From: Flavobacteriales bacterium
Lineage (GTDB): Bacteria > Bacteroidota > Bacteroidia > Flavobacteriales > BACL11
Direction: 5' to 3'
Assembly: GCA_018647945.1 (NCBI GenBank)
Contig: JABGSE010000041.1
Location: 5,010-69,009, forward strand
DNA length: 64,000 nt
Within the stretch, counting starts at the first letter, position 1; each line of letters begins with the position of its first letter. The notes beneath the pieces are model-generated. The model was not told the origin of the DNA, did not search any database, and saw only the letters and a list, made by a program, of their open reading frames with translations. Positions 49,296 to 59,100 of the stretch are shown one piece after another. A program made the position numbers and the translations under genes.

Positions 49296-49776
49296 ATGAC
49301 CTTAATTCTACTAAGATTTTTCCTTACAAAAAGATTTAAATTATCAAAGAGTAATCTTTTTTACTGTTTCCTAATCCTATTTACCTTGTTATTCAGTACT
49401 AACACAACCTCTCAAGTAGTATCAGATTTTACGACTATAAGCTCCAATACTGGATGTGGTTCCCTTGTGGCTGAGTTTGAAGACTTATCTACCGGTAATC
49501 CGGATACTTGGTTATGGGATTTTGGAAATGGTAATACTTCAACTTTACAAAACCCTATTGTTGTATAAAGGAATTGGAATACAAGATTTTGAAATGCAAG
49601 TTTTTGACCGTTGGGGCTCTGTTATTTTTCAATCGGATAATCTGGAGTATGGATGGGATGGAACGTCTTTTTCTGGTAAAAAAATGAATAATGGAACATA
49701 TATGTATCATATATATTTAACAGATGTGAACGGAAAACCTTGAGTTTATAATGGAGAACTAAACCTAATGAAGTAA
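49296..49776 (+). pseudogene. decayed T9SS type-B cargo gene: signal peptide plus start of a PKD domain joined out of frame to the end of a type-B CTD, with an in-frame TGA
   Basis: Frame A (49296-49568) encodes a signal peptide and PKD start (SDFTT...STGNPDTWLWDFGNGNTSTLQNPIVV) and ends at TAA 49566-49568. A second frame resumes with GIQDFEMQVFDRWGSVIFQSDNLEYGWDG...GTYMYHIYL. TGA at 49741-49743 interrupts NGKP*VYNGELNLMK, which aligns residue for residue with YGEIHTHYGQFNLLR at the end of the 51459 gene. The natural TAA is at 49774-49776. Confidence 0.7.
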
Positions 49777-49818
49777 TTCAATTTATTACTTAAATTAGCC
49801 AACTTAAAACTTAATTAA

Positions 49819-51405
49819 ATGAAGTGGAGAGTTGGCTTTTTTATTTTATTCCTTTTTCAGATTGCTTGTAATAATAAGTACGACAATTCTAATTTATCAA
49901 TTTTCAAATATAATGAGTCTGCAAGTATTTCTACTTTAGACCCTGCTTTTTCAAAGGATCAAGCAATTAATTGGGCTACTTCACAAATTTTCAATTCATT
50001 AGTAAAAATGGATGTGAACTTGAATGTACAAACTTCCATTGCGAAAAGTTGGAAAATTTCAGAAGATGGAAAAATTTACACCTTTCATTTAAGAAATGAT
50101 GTTGTGTTTCACGATCATGAATTGTTTGAAAACGGAAAAGGAAGAATGGTAATTGCTTCTGATTTTGAATATTCTTTTAACAGGTTGATAAGTAAAGATC
50201 TAGCAGCTCCTGGGAATTGGGTGTTTTCCAATGTAGAAACTTTTAAATCATTAAATGACTCTACTTTTCAGATACAATTAACAAATCCTTTCCCTCCTTT
50301 TTTGGGATTACTTTCCATGCAATATTGTTCTGTATTACCAAAGGAAATTGTAGAAAATACTGATTTTCGTTCTCATCCAATCGGAACGGGACCTTTTAAA
50401 TTTCAATATTGGAAAGAGGGAGTGAAGTTAGTTTTACGAAAAAATCAAAATTATTTTGAAACTGATAATGGAAAACAACTCCCTTATTTGGATGCTGTTA
50501 GCATCACTTTTATAAAAGACAAACAATCTGCATTTTTGCGATTTATTCAAGGAGAATTAGATTTTATTTCTGGATTGGATCCATCATATAAAGATGAAAT
50601 ATTAACACAGGATGGAGTGTTACAAGCAAAATATTCTGATAAAATTAATTTACAAAGCCTTCCGTATTTAAATACAGAATATTTGGGTTTTCTGATGGAA
50701 GGAGAGAGTGAGATATCAAAAAATGTAAAAGTACGACAAGCTATCAATTTTGGGTTCAACAGAAAAAAAATGTTGAAATATTTAAGAAATAATATTGGCA
50801 CTCCTGCAAATCATGGTTTTGTTCCAAAAGGATTACCTTCATTTTCCGAAAATGTAATAGGATATGATTATAATCCTGAAAAAGCCAAAAAGTTATTAAT
50901 GGAAGCGGGATTTCCAAATGGAGAGGGTTTGGAAACAATAATATTAAGCACAACATCTTCCTATTTGGATTTGTGTGAATTTATTCAGAGTCAGTTGAAT
51001 GAGATTGGTATAAGTGTAGAAGTTCAGGTTAATCCTCCTTCAACTCACAGGCAAATGGTAGCTACATCAAAGTTGGATTTTTTCAGAGGAAGCTGGATTG
51101 CGGATTATCCAGATGCTGAAAATTATTTAGCACTTTCTTACAGTAAAAACTTTTGTCCTAATGGACCAAATTACACTCACTTTTACAATGAGGAATTTGA
51201 TAAATTATATGAAGAGTCCGTAAAAACTACTTCTAATACTGATCGATATATTTTGTACAATAAAATGGATCAAATGATTATGGATAATGCAGCAATTGTT
51301 CCTTTGTATTATGATAGAGTTTTACGATTTTCATCTAAAAATATTATCAATTTTAAAAGTAATTCTCAAAACTTACTAGACCTATCTAGAGTTCGTAAGG
51401 AATAA
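49819..51405 (+). CDS. ABC transporter substrate-binding protein, family 5 (peptide/nickel, OppA/DppA-like)
   Basis: 528 aa with signal peptide. Family-5 SBP strings: SLVKMDVNLNVQTSIAKSWKISEDGKIYTFHLRNDVVFHD and GPFKFQYWKEG. Confidence 0.8.
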   Translation: MKWRVGFFILFLFQIACNNKYDNSNLSIFKYNESASISTLDPAFSKDQAINWATSQIFNSLVKMDVNLNVQTSIAKSWKISEDGKIYTFHLRNDVVFHDHELFENGKGRMVIASDFEYSFNRLISKDLAAPGNWVFSNVETFKSLNDSTFQIQLTNPFPPFLGLLSMQYCSVLPKEIVENTDFRSHPIGTGPFKFQYWKEGVKLVLRKNQNYFETDNGKQLPYLDAVSITFIKDKQSAFLRFIQGELDFISGLDPSYKDEILTQDGVLQAKYSDKINLQSLPYLNTEYLGFLMEGESEISKNVKVRQAINFGFNRKKMLKYLRNNIGTPANHGFVPKGLPSFSENVIGYDYNPEKAKKLLMEAGFPNGEGLETIILSTTSSYLDLCEFIQSQLNEIGISVEVQVNPPSTHRQMVATSKLDFFRGSWIADYPDAENYLALSYSKNFCPNGPNYTHFYNEEFDKLYEESVKTTSNTDRYILYNKMDQMIMDNAAIVPLYYDRVLRFSSKNIINFKSNSQNLLDLSRVRKE

Positions 51406-51430
51406 TTTTTCGTTTTCACTAAATTTTTCG

Positions 51431-51438
51431 TATTTTTG
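51431..51438 (+). promoter_or_regulatory. -7 promoter box (TATTTTTG) upstream of the adhesin/protease gene block
   Basis: Exact TAnnTTTG, 20 nt before the ATG at 51459. I found no other exact box before 61516 at the gene junctions. Confidence 0.45.
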
Positions 51439-51458
51439 GGGGTTAGATTATTTTTAAA

Positions 51459-54400
51459 ATGATAAAAAAAGATTTTATATTATTTTTTATTTTAGTATTT
51501 ACAAATTCCTATTTATATTCTCAGATTGGAATTACAAATGCTGCTCCTAATAATAATCCTACATATTTAATAAATAATGTTTTGATTGGAGGAGGAGTTT
51601 CGGCTTCTAACATTACATTTTCTGGTAATACTCAACAAATTGGATATTTCTCTTCAGGAGTTTCAATTGGAATGCCAGAAGGTATTGTGATGTCTTCTGG
51701 ACATGTAACAAATGCAGATTTGGGTGGAAACCCTGCTGCAGGAAATACACCAGCAAATGGAGTTCAATGTAATGCTAGTCCAAATACAATTTGTAATGAT
51801 TTACTTACCGTTGCTAATTCTGTACCTCCTCTTGTGGGTCAATGGTTCTCAGTATCAGATATTAATGATATGTGTGTATTAGAGTTTGATTTTGTTCCAG
51901 AATCTGATACGGTAACATTTAATTATTCATTTGGTTCAGAAGAATATTTAACATGGGTTAATAGTTCGTATAATGATGTTTTTGGTTTTTTTATTAGTGG
52001 TCCAGGAATTAATGGCCCTTATTCGTCTCCAGCTGGATTTCCTAATGGATCTCAAAATATTGCCTATGTTCCAAATAGTAATCCTCCTTTGCCAATTACG
52101 GTAAGTTCTGTGCATCCAGGTTATAATGGTCAATATTATAATACAGGCAACTCTACTATTTCTTATAATGGATATACAGATGTATTTACCGCAATGGTTG
52201 TTGTCAATCCTTGTGAAACTTATCATATCCGTTTAGCTATTGCAGATGGTACAGATGATTGGTTAGATTCAGGAGTCTTTTTAGAAGCTAATAGCTTTAC
52301 AAGTACTTCATTAGGAGTTGGAGCTTATGGAGTTAGTATTGCAGCAGATACTTTAACAGTTCAATGTAATGCAACAATTGATTTAGAAGCTATTATTAAT
52401 GGACCATACAATATTTTGTGGAATACTGGAAGTTCAAGTACTATTATTAATGTTGGAGCTGGCATATATTCTTTTGTTGCAACTTCTGTAAATGGAAGTT
52501 GTGTATTGTTTTCCGATACAATTACAATTGTTGAACAATCTATTTTTAATGTTGATACAACCGTTACAAATGCAAGTTGTTATGGAGTAAGTAATGGAGA
52601 TATTGATTTAACAGTATCGGGAGGTACTTTTCCTTATACTTATCTTTGGACAAATGCAGTAAGTGGATTTACTTCAACAACTCAAGATTTAAATGCCATT
52701 CCTGCAGGAACCTATACTTGTTTAATTACAGATGATAATGGATGTTCTCCTCCAATCATAACTATTGTAATTAGTGAACCTCCAACAGTTACTGTAACCA
52801 CATTTACTTCTGATGTAGTTTGTAATGCAGATAATGATGGTTCAATTTCTATTAGCGTTTCAGGAGGTTTTTCTCCTTATACAGTCAATTGGACTTCCCA
52901 AAATGGATATACTGGAAATACTTTTTATTTGAATGCTTTATATGCGGATGTGTATACTGCAAATATTTATGATAATAATGGTTGTGGACCTATTGTAGAG
53001 ATTATTAATATAACTGAGCCTCCTCCAATTTCTGCGTACGGGCTTTCATCAAATATAAGTTGTTATGGGAATATAGATGGAGTAGTTGACATAACATCAA
53101 GTGGTAATAATTTAGTTTTTAATTGGACAGGGCTAAATGGTTTTGTTTCTTCAACAGAAGATATTCTGAATTTAGAAGCGGGAACTTATACACTTTCGGT
53201 TTCTGATATAAATAATTGTCCGGGGCCAATACAAAGTTATTACATTTATGAACCTTCTGATATTATTGTTACTCCCATTTCTACCAATATAAGTTGTTAT
53301 TCCTACAATGACGGGAGTATTAATTTAACAATTCAGGGTGGGACAGGAGCGATAACTACTTCTTGGTCTGGTCCAAACGGATACTCACTTATTTCGGAGG
53401 ATATAAATACACTTTCCGCAGGAATTTATACTTATACCGTAACCGATATTATGGGATGTTCTCCATCTGCTCCAATTGTTCCTATTGTGATAAGTGAACC
53501 TGCGACAGTTAATATTAGTTCGCTTATTGTAGATGAAAGTTGCTATGGGCTTGCTGATGGTCAGTTTGATGTAACAATAAATGGTGCGGGAACATTTTCC
53601 TATTCTTGGAATGGTCCAAACGGATTTACATCTTCACTAGAAGATATTTTTCAACTTTCCGCAGGTACTTATAATTTAACCATTACCGATTTGAATGGTT
53701 GTTCTCAAACAATATCCGAAAATATTAATATTGGAAATATTATTCAGTTAGATACTTTTATTCAGAATATCAGCTGTAATGGTGTAAATGATGGAAATAT
53801 TGTTGTTCTGCCACAAAATGCAAATTTACCAACTTATCAATGGGTTGGTCCAAATGGTTTTACTTCCACATTAAACATAATTACTAATTTATCGGTTGGT
53901 GTTTATAATCTGATTGTAAACGATAATTCCAATTGCCCTACAATTTTTAATTTTGATATTTCCGAGCCAAATGCTATGTCCTTATCTTATACGGTTTTTG
54001 ATGAAAGTTGTATAGGACAAGATGATGGTCAGATTGAATTGTTTGTGAGTGGAGGGAATCCTGGATATAATTATGTATGGAATAATGGACAGAATACGGC
54101 TGTTAACTCTGCTTTATCTACAGGTTATTATGTAGTAAATGTTGTTGACAATAATAATTGTATTGTTTCGGATACTATCTATGTAAATACATCTTTATTT
54201 GATACTAGTAGAATTGTAAACAATGTAAGTTGTTTTGGAGGGAGTGATGGGAGTGTAGATTTAGATATTGTAGGAGGGAATTATCCTTTTACATACAATT
54301 GGAACAATGGCGCTACAACACAAGATTTGGTAAATTTACAAGCGGGAGTTTATACTGTAAGTATTACAGATGCATCAAATTGTGTAATTACAAAAGATGT

Positions 54401-56135
54401 AATTATTACACAATCTCCACTACTTACAGTTACCTCTAATATTGCACCTATTTTATGTTATGGAGATAATACAGGAACAGTCAGTTTACAAATGACAGGA
54501 GGAACTTCTCCTTTTCAAATAGATTGGGGAAGTACTGATACTACATCCATGCTTTCGGGCTATCACATCTATACAATTACTGATTACAAAATGTGTAAAT
54601 TTACTGATTCTGTAGAAATACTTCAAGCGGATTCCATGGAAATACTTTTTGTAAAAACAGATGTTCAGTGTTTTGGAGAGTTGACTGGGGAAATTGACCT
54701 TCAAATACAATCTAGCACAGGAACACCTCCTTATACTTATCAGTGGAGCGGGCCAAATAATTTTTCCTCTGTAACAGAAGATATTTCAAATTTAGAAATA
54801 GGACTTTACTCTGTTGTTGTACAAGATGCAAATATGTGTACTCAACAATTGGATATTGTAATTGATGAGCCAACTCCAATTAGCCAAATTACAAATATAA
54901 ATACCTCAAATTATTCAGGATATAATGTAAGGTGTAAAGGAGAGAATTCCGCTTGGATTGAGTTAAATATTTCGGGAGGATACCCTCCTTATAATTATTT
55001 GTGGAACAATGGAGATGTAAACGACAGTGTATTTAATTTGTATGTTGGAAATTACTCTGTTACTATTACAGATGGATTGGGTTGCACGGAAGATTTATCA
55101 ATAAATATTAACGAACCTCCAACTATCATTACAGGAAATGTAATAGCAACTACCGATTTTAATGGATACAATATCAGATGTTTTGGAAATAATGATGGAG
55201 CGATTGATGCGGGAGCAACAGATGGAATTCCTCCTTATACATACCTTTGGAATAATGAATTAACAACATCCTCAATTTCTGATTTGATTGCAGGATATTA
55301 TGAAGTGTTTATTTACGATAAAAACATGTGTTTGTTTATTGATTCAGTAACTTTAACTGAGCCGACAGAATTATTTTTTGACTTAACTTATGTATCCGAT
55401 ACTTGCGGAAGGTCAGTAGGAGAAGCTGAGGTTGTTACTATTGGGGGAGTACCTCCATATTTTATAAATTGGAGTAATGGAGGAGTGAATTCTGTAGAAA
55501 GTAATTTCCCGCAAGGAATGTATGAAGTGTTAGTTGCTGATAATAATTTTTGCGAGAAATCACAGACATTTGTAATAGAAAATTTGGAAAGTCCAATTGC
55601 AGATTTTACTACTTATCCCGATCATAAACGATTTGTAGATCAACAAAACGAACCTTTTTATTTTGTAGATAATTCACAAATTTTCTGGACTACGGTTAAA
55701 GATTGGCAATGGGATTTTGGGGATTTATCTTCAGGAACAGATTCTGTAAGTTCACATTCTTATTCTGATTTAGGAACATACAGAGTGACACTTACCATTA
55801 CAACACAATCTAATTGTATAGATACAATTAGTAAAACTGTTTTGGTGGATGCTTACAATTTATACATTCCAAACTCATTTAAACCAGACGGAAAAATAAT
55901 AGAAAATACAATATTTAAGTCCTACGGAGAAGGAATAAAAACTTTTAAAATGAAAATTTTCTCCAGATGGGGAGAGTTACTTTTCCTATCGGAAGATGTT
56001 AATGTTGGATGGGATGGAATAAAAGAAGGAAAAGATGAAATTTGCCCAAATGGAGTTTATACCTATTCAGTTGTAGTAGAAAATATATATGGCGAAATAC
56101 ATACTCATTACGGACAATTTAATCTTTTAAGATAA
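51459..56135 (+). CDS. giant T9SS cargo: choice-of-anchor-L-like head, 13 SprB-type repeats, PKD domain, type-B CTD
   Basis: 1558 aa with signal peptide. The head has LINNVLIGGGVSASNITFSG...GIVMSSG and SFGSEEYLTWVNSSYNDVFGFFISGPG. It has 13 Cys-anchored repeats (SCYG..DG.I.L.V.GG..PYTY.W), PKD (WQWDFGDLSSGTDSVSSHSY) and CTD (YIPNSFKPDG...KIFSRWGELLF...GWDG...GVYTYSVVV...GQFNLLR). Confidence 0.85.
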   Translation: MIKKDFILFFILVFTNSYLYSQIGITNAAPNNNPTYLINNVLIGGGVSASNITFSGNTQQIGYFSSGVSIGMPEGIVMSSGHVTNADLGGNPAAGNTPANGVQCNASPNTICNDLLTVANSVPPLVGQWFSVSDINDMCVLEFDFVPESDTVTFNYSFGSEEYLTWVNSSYNDVFGFFISGPGINGPYSSPAGFPNGSQNIAYVPNSNPPLPITVSSVHPGYNGQYYNTGNSTISYNGYTDVFTAMVVVNPCETYHIRLAIADGTDDWLDSGVFLEANSFTSTSLGVGAYGVSIAADTLTVQCNATIDLEAIINGPYNILWNTGSSSTIINVGAGIYSFVATSVNGSCVLFSDTITIVEQSIFNVDTTVTNASCYGVSNGDIDLTVSGGTFPYTYLWTNAVSGFTSTTQDLNAIPAGTYTCLITDDNGCSPPIITIVISEPPTVTVTTFTSDVVCNADNDGSISISVSGGFSPYTVNWTSQNGYTGNTFYLNALYADVYTANIYDNNGCGPIVEIINITEPPPISAYGLSSNISCYGNIDGVVDITSSGNNLVFNWTGLNGFVSSTEDILNLEAGTYTLSVSDINNCPGPIQSYYIYEPSDIIVTPISTNISCYSYNDGSINLTIQGGTGAITTSWSGPNGYSLISEDINTLSAGIYTYTVTDIMGCSPSAPIVPIVISEPATVNISSLIVDESCYGLADGQFDVTINGAGTFSYSWNGPNGFTSSLEDIFQLSAGTYNLTITDLNGCSQTISENINIGNIIQLDTFIQNISCNGVNDGNIVVLPQNANLPTYQWVGPNGFTSTLNIITNLSVGVYNLIVNDNSNCPTIFNFDISEPNAMSLSYTVFDESCIGQDDGQIELFVSGGNPGYNYVWNNGQNTAVNSALSTGYYVVNVVDNNNCIVSDTIYVNTSLFDTSRIVNNVSCFGGSDGSVDLDIVGGNYPFTYNWNNGATTQDLVNLQAGVYTVSITDASNCVITKDVIITQSPLLTVTSNIAPILCYGDNTGTVSLQMTGGTSPFQIDWGSTDTTSMLSGYHIYTITDYKMCKFTDSVEILQADSMEILFVKTDVQCFGELTGEIDLQIQSSTGTPPYTYQWSGPNNFSSVTEDISNLEIGLYSVVVQDANMCTQQLDIVIDEPTPISQITNINTSNYSGYNVRCKGENSAWIELNISGGYPPYNYLWNNGDVNDSVFNLYVGNYSVTITDGLGCTEDLSININEPPTIITGNVIATTDFNGYNIRCFGNNDGAIDAGATDGIPPYTYLWNNELTTSSISDLIAGYYEVFIYDKNMCLFIDSVTLTEPTELFFDLTYVSDTCGRSVGEAEVVTIGGVPPYFINWSNGGVNSVESNFPQGMYEVLVADNNFCEKSQTFVIENLESPIADFTTYPDHKRFVDQQNEPFYFVDNSQIFWTTVKDWQWDFGDLSSGTDSVSSHSYSDLGTYRVTLTITTQSNCIDTISKTVLVDAYNLYIPNSFKPDGKIIENTIFKSYGEGIKTFKMKIFSRWGELLFLSEDVNVGWDGIKEGKDEICPNGVYTYSVVVENIYGEIHTHYGQFNLLR
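52560..55595 (+). repeat. array of 13 coding SprB-type repeats (period about 213-263 nt)
   Basis: The first conserved Cys codon of each unit is at 52578, 52821, 53061, 53295, 53541, 53775, 54009, 54231, 54456, 54669, 54932, 55179 and 55404. Array boundaries are approximate. Confidence 0.8.
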
Positions 56136-59100
56136 TGAAAATAAGAAAATCAATTTTACTTTTTATTCTTGTTTTGTTTTCTACTTTTATTAACGCTCAA
56201 CAATTATTTACATTCAATCCTAATACGGAAGTAATTGCCACAAAAGATGCAAGCAAAACGATAAATCTTACTATCAATTCTGATGTAGAAAGTGAGATTG
56301 TTTCTCAGAATCCATCACTTTTGGATTTAGAAATTCCATTTGTAAACAATGAAAATTTAAATTTAAGATTAGAAAGATATAAAGTGTATTCTGATAATTT
56401 AATTATTGTTTCTACTACTGAAAATGAAAAAGAAACACTCAATATTACACCCACAATTCTTTCGTATAAAGTGTTTTATAAAAATAAATCGGTAGGGGTT
56501 TTAAATTTATTTAACGGAGAAATAAATGCAACTTTTCAGATTGATGGCAGTCAATATGAAATTTCAAAATTTAAAGAAAATTATGTGTTGTTTGAATCTT
56601 CTAATAGCATTAACCATTCTACTTTTAGTTGTGCTGTTCAGGAAGAGTTTCAGTCACAAAATCAGATAAATAATCCTCAATTACCGCCTGTTCTCCTTTG
56701 TTTGGAACTTGCTCTGGAAATTGATAATTATACCAGAAACACTTTTAGTTCAAATTTGTCAACTACAAATTGGGCACTTGCAATAATGGCAGGAGTAAGT
56801 CAGATTTACGAATTGGAAGTAGATGTTTCTATACAGGTGGTTTATACAAATATTTGGAATTCTGTTGACCCTTATGCATCTTATAATAATCAGGCAAGTA
56901 ATATGCTTACGGAATTGAGAACGTATTGGAATACAAACAATGGTACTGTATCCAGAGACTTAGTGCATATGATGACTAAAAGAAATAATACAGGAACTGG
57001 AGGTATTGCCTACACAGACGTACTTTGTAATAGTAATTGGGGATATGGATTTAGTGCTTCTTTAGATAACGATACAACTTACAATTTTCCTAATCCTTCT
57101 TATACTTGGAATTTAACAGTTTGTAGCCACGAAATAGGTCATAATTTTGGTTCTCACCATACACATTGGTGCGATTGGGTAGCTGACCCTACTATTCCAT
57201 TTGCTGGAGGAGTAATTGACAATTGTGTAGATGTGCAAGGGAGTTGTTCCAATAATCCAACTCCAGTTTTAGGAACAATAATGAGTTATTGTCATACAAC
57301 ATCTGGTGGTTCAATTTTGAATTTCCATGATGTAGTTGTTTCTCAGGCTTTAATTCCTGGAAAAAATGCGGCTTTTTGCCTTGATGTTTGCGACTATTAT
57401 GGATGTACTGATTCCACATCTTTTAATTATGACCCTGCGGCAACAATTGATGATAGTAGTTGTATCTTAATTATTTTTGGTTGTATCGATACCATTGCAC
57501 TTAATTTTGATTCCACAGCAAATACAGATGATGGCAATTGTACTTATTGTTCAATGCTTACAATTGTTTCTTCCGATATTAGTTGTTTTGGAAATAATGA
57601 TGGATCTATTGATTTGCAAGTTGCAGGGGGTACTGCTCCATTTACTTATAGTTGGTTTAGTCCTAGTGGCTTTACTTCAAATACAGAAGATTTATCCAGT
57701 CTTTCTCCCTCTGTTTATTATGTTACGGTTACCGATTCCATTGGATGTTCCGAATTGACTTCAGTGATTATATTCGAGCCTGATTTAATCTCTATTGCAT
57801 CATCCTCTGTTACAGATGTAAGTTGCAATGGATTTTCGGATGGATCAGTTATTTTGAATATTTTTGGAGGGACTTCACCTTATACAGAAAATTGGGGAAT
57901 TTATAATCCAAATAATTTATTGGTGGGCTCATATGTTGTTTCGGTAACGGATGTAAATAATTGTCCTGTTGCTTCCACAACTGTTTTTGTAAATGAGCCA
58001 TTACCTCTTACAATTATTGATAATGTAAACGATATTAGCTGTAACTCTTACAATGATGGAAGTATTTTAATAAATCCTTTAGGAGGTACGCTTCCTTATA
58101 ATTTTAATTGGACTTCTACAAATGGATATTTTTCTATAAATGAAGACATTATCAATTTACAATCGGGAACTTATACCCTTTTACTGACAGATGGTAATGC
58201 TTGCACAGAATCTTTTTCTTATTACATATCCGAACCACCTGTATTATTGTTAAATTCTACTGTTACAAACGCTACTTGTTACGGAGCAATGGATGGCTCT
58301 ATTGATTTAACAGTAATTGGAGGAGTAACACCCTATAATTTTGTGTGGAGTAATGGTGCAATTACAGAAGATTTAAATAACATCCCCTCCTCTAATTATT
58401 GGGTAAATGTGATTGATGATAATCAATGTGCAATTTCAACACAATATTTCACAATTTCTCAACCTGCAATTTCAATTGTTAATTCTGTACAAACCAATGT
58501 GAGTTGTAATGGATTTACGGATGGAGGAGTAGACATTACTTTTATCCCATCTACTTCCGGAGCGGTTAGTTATTTGTGGAGTGGACCAAATAGTTTTTCC
58601 TCAGTAAATGAAGATATTTCTAGTTTGGAAACAGGATTGTACACGCTAACAATTACCGAACTTCCATGTATTATTACGGAGAGTTTTTACATTAATGAAC
58701 CATCATCAATTTCCGTTTCAGAAAATATACAAGATGTAAGTTGCTACAATGAGGTAAATGGAGTTATTAATTTAACTATTTCTGGAGGAACACCACCATT
58801 TTCTCAAAATTGGTTTGGAGTCAATCCAACATCAATGCCTGCAGGAGTATTTCAATATGTTATTACTGATGATAATAATTGTATTTTTTCAAATACTGTA
58901 ACTGTAAATCAACCACAACAAGCAATTTTTGTGACTTCTTCTCAATCAGATGTAAGTTGTAATGGAGGTAATAATGCTACCGCACAGCTTTCCATTTCTG
59001 GAGGAATTTCACCCTATATAACAGTTTGGCAAAATGCTAATCCCATACAGCTTTCTGCTGGCTACAATGTTTTTTCAGTAACGGATAATAATCAGTGTGT

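Noticed and set aside
49560-49572. Possible programmed +1 frameshift at GTA-TAA-A joining the two ORFs of the adhesin remnant.
   Set aside because: There is no slippery codon allowing re-pairing (GUA to UAU). The joined product would lack almost all of the PKD and CTD cores, and a second lesion (TGA at 49741) exists downstream. A deletion pseudogene is the simpler explanation.
49741-49743. In-frame TGA as evidence for an alternative genetic code (TGA read as sense).
   Set aside because: TGA functions as a genuine stop elsewhere, for example at 38964-38966 in an ATGA stop/start overlap. All conserved genes are full length under the standard code.
57477-57758. 93-aa same-strand out-of-frame ORF inside the protease-adhesin gene. 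Others lie at 4373-4606 in comEC, 45430-45636 in the symporter gene and 23108-23431.
   Set aside because: They are alternative frames of well-supported genes and translate to repetitive hydrophobic strings.
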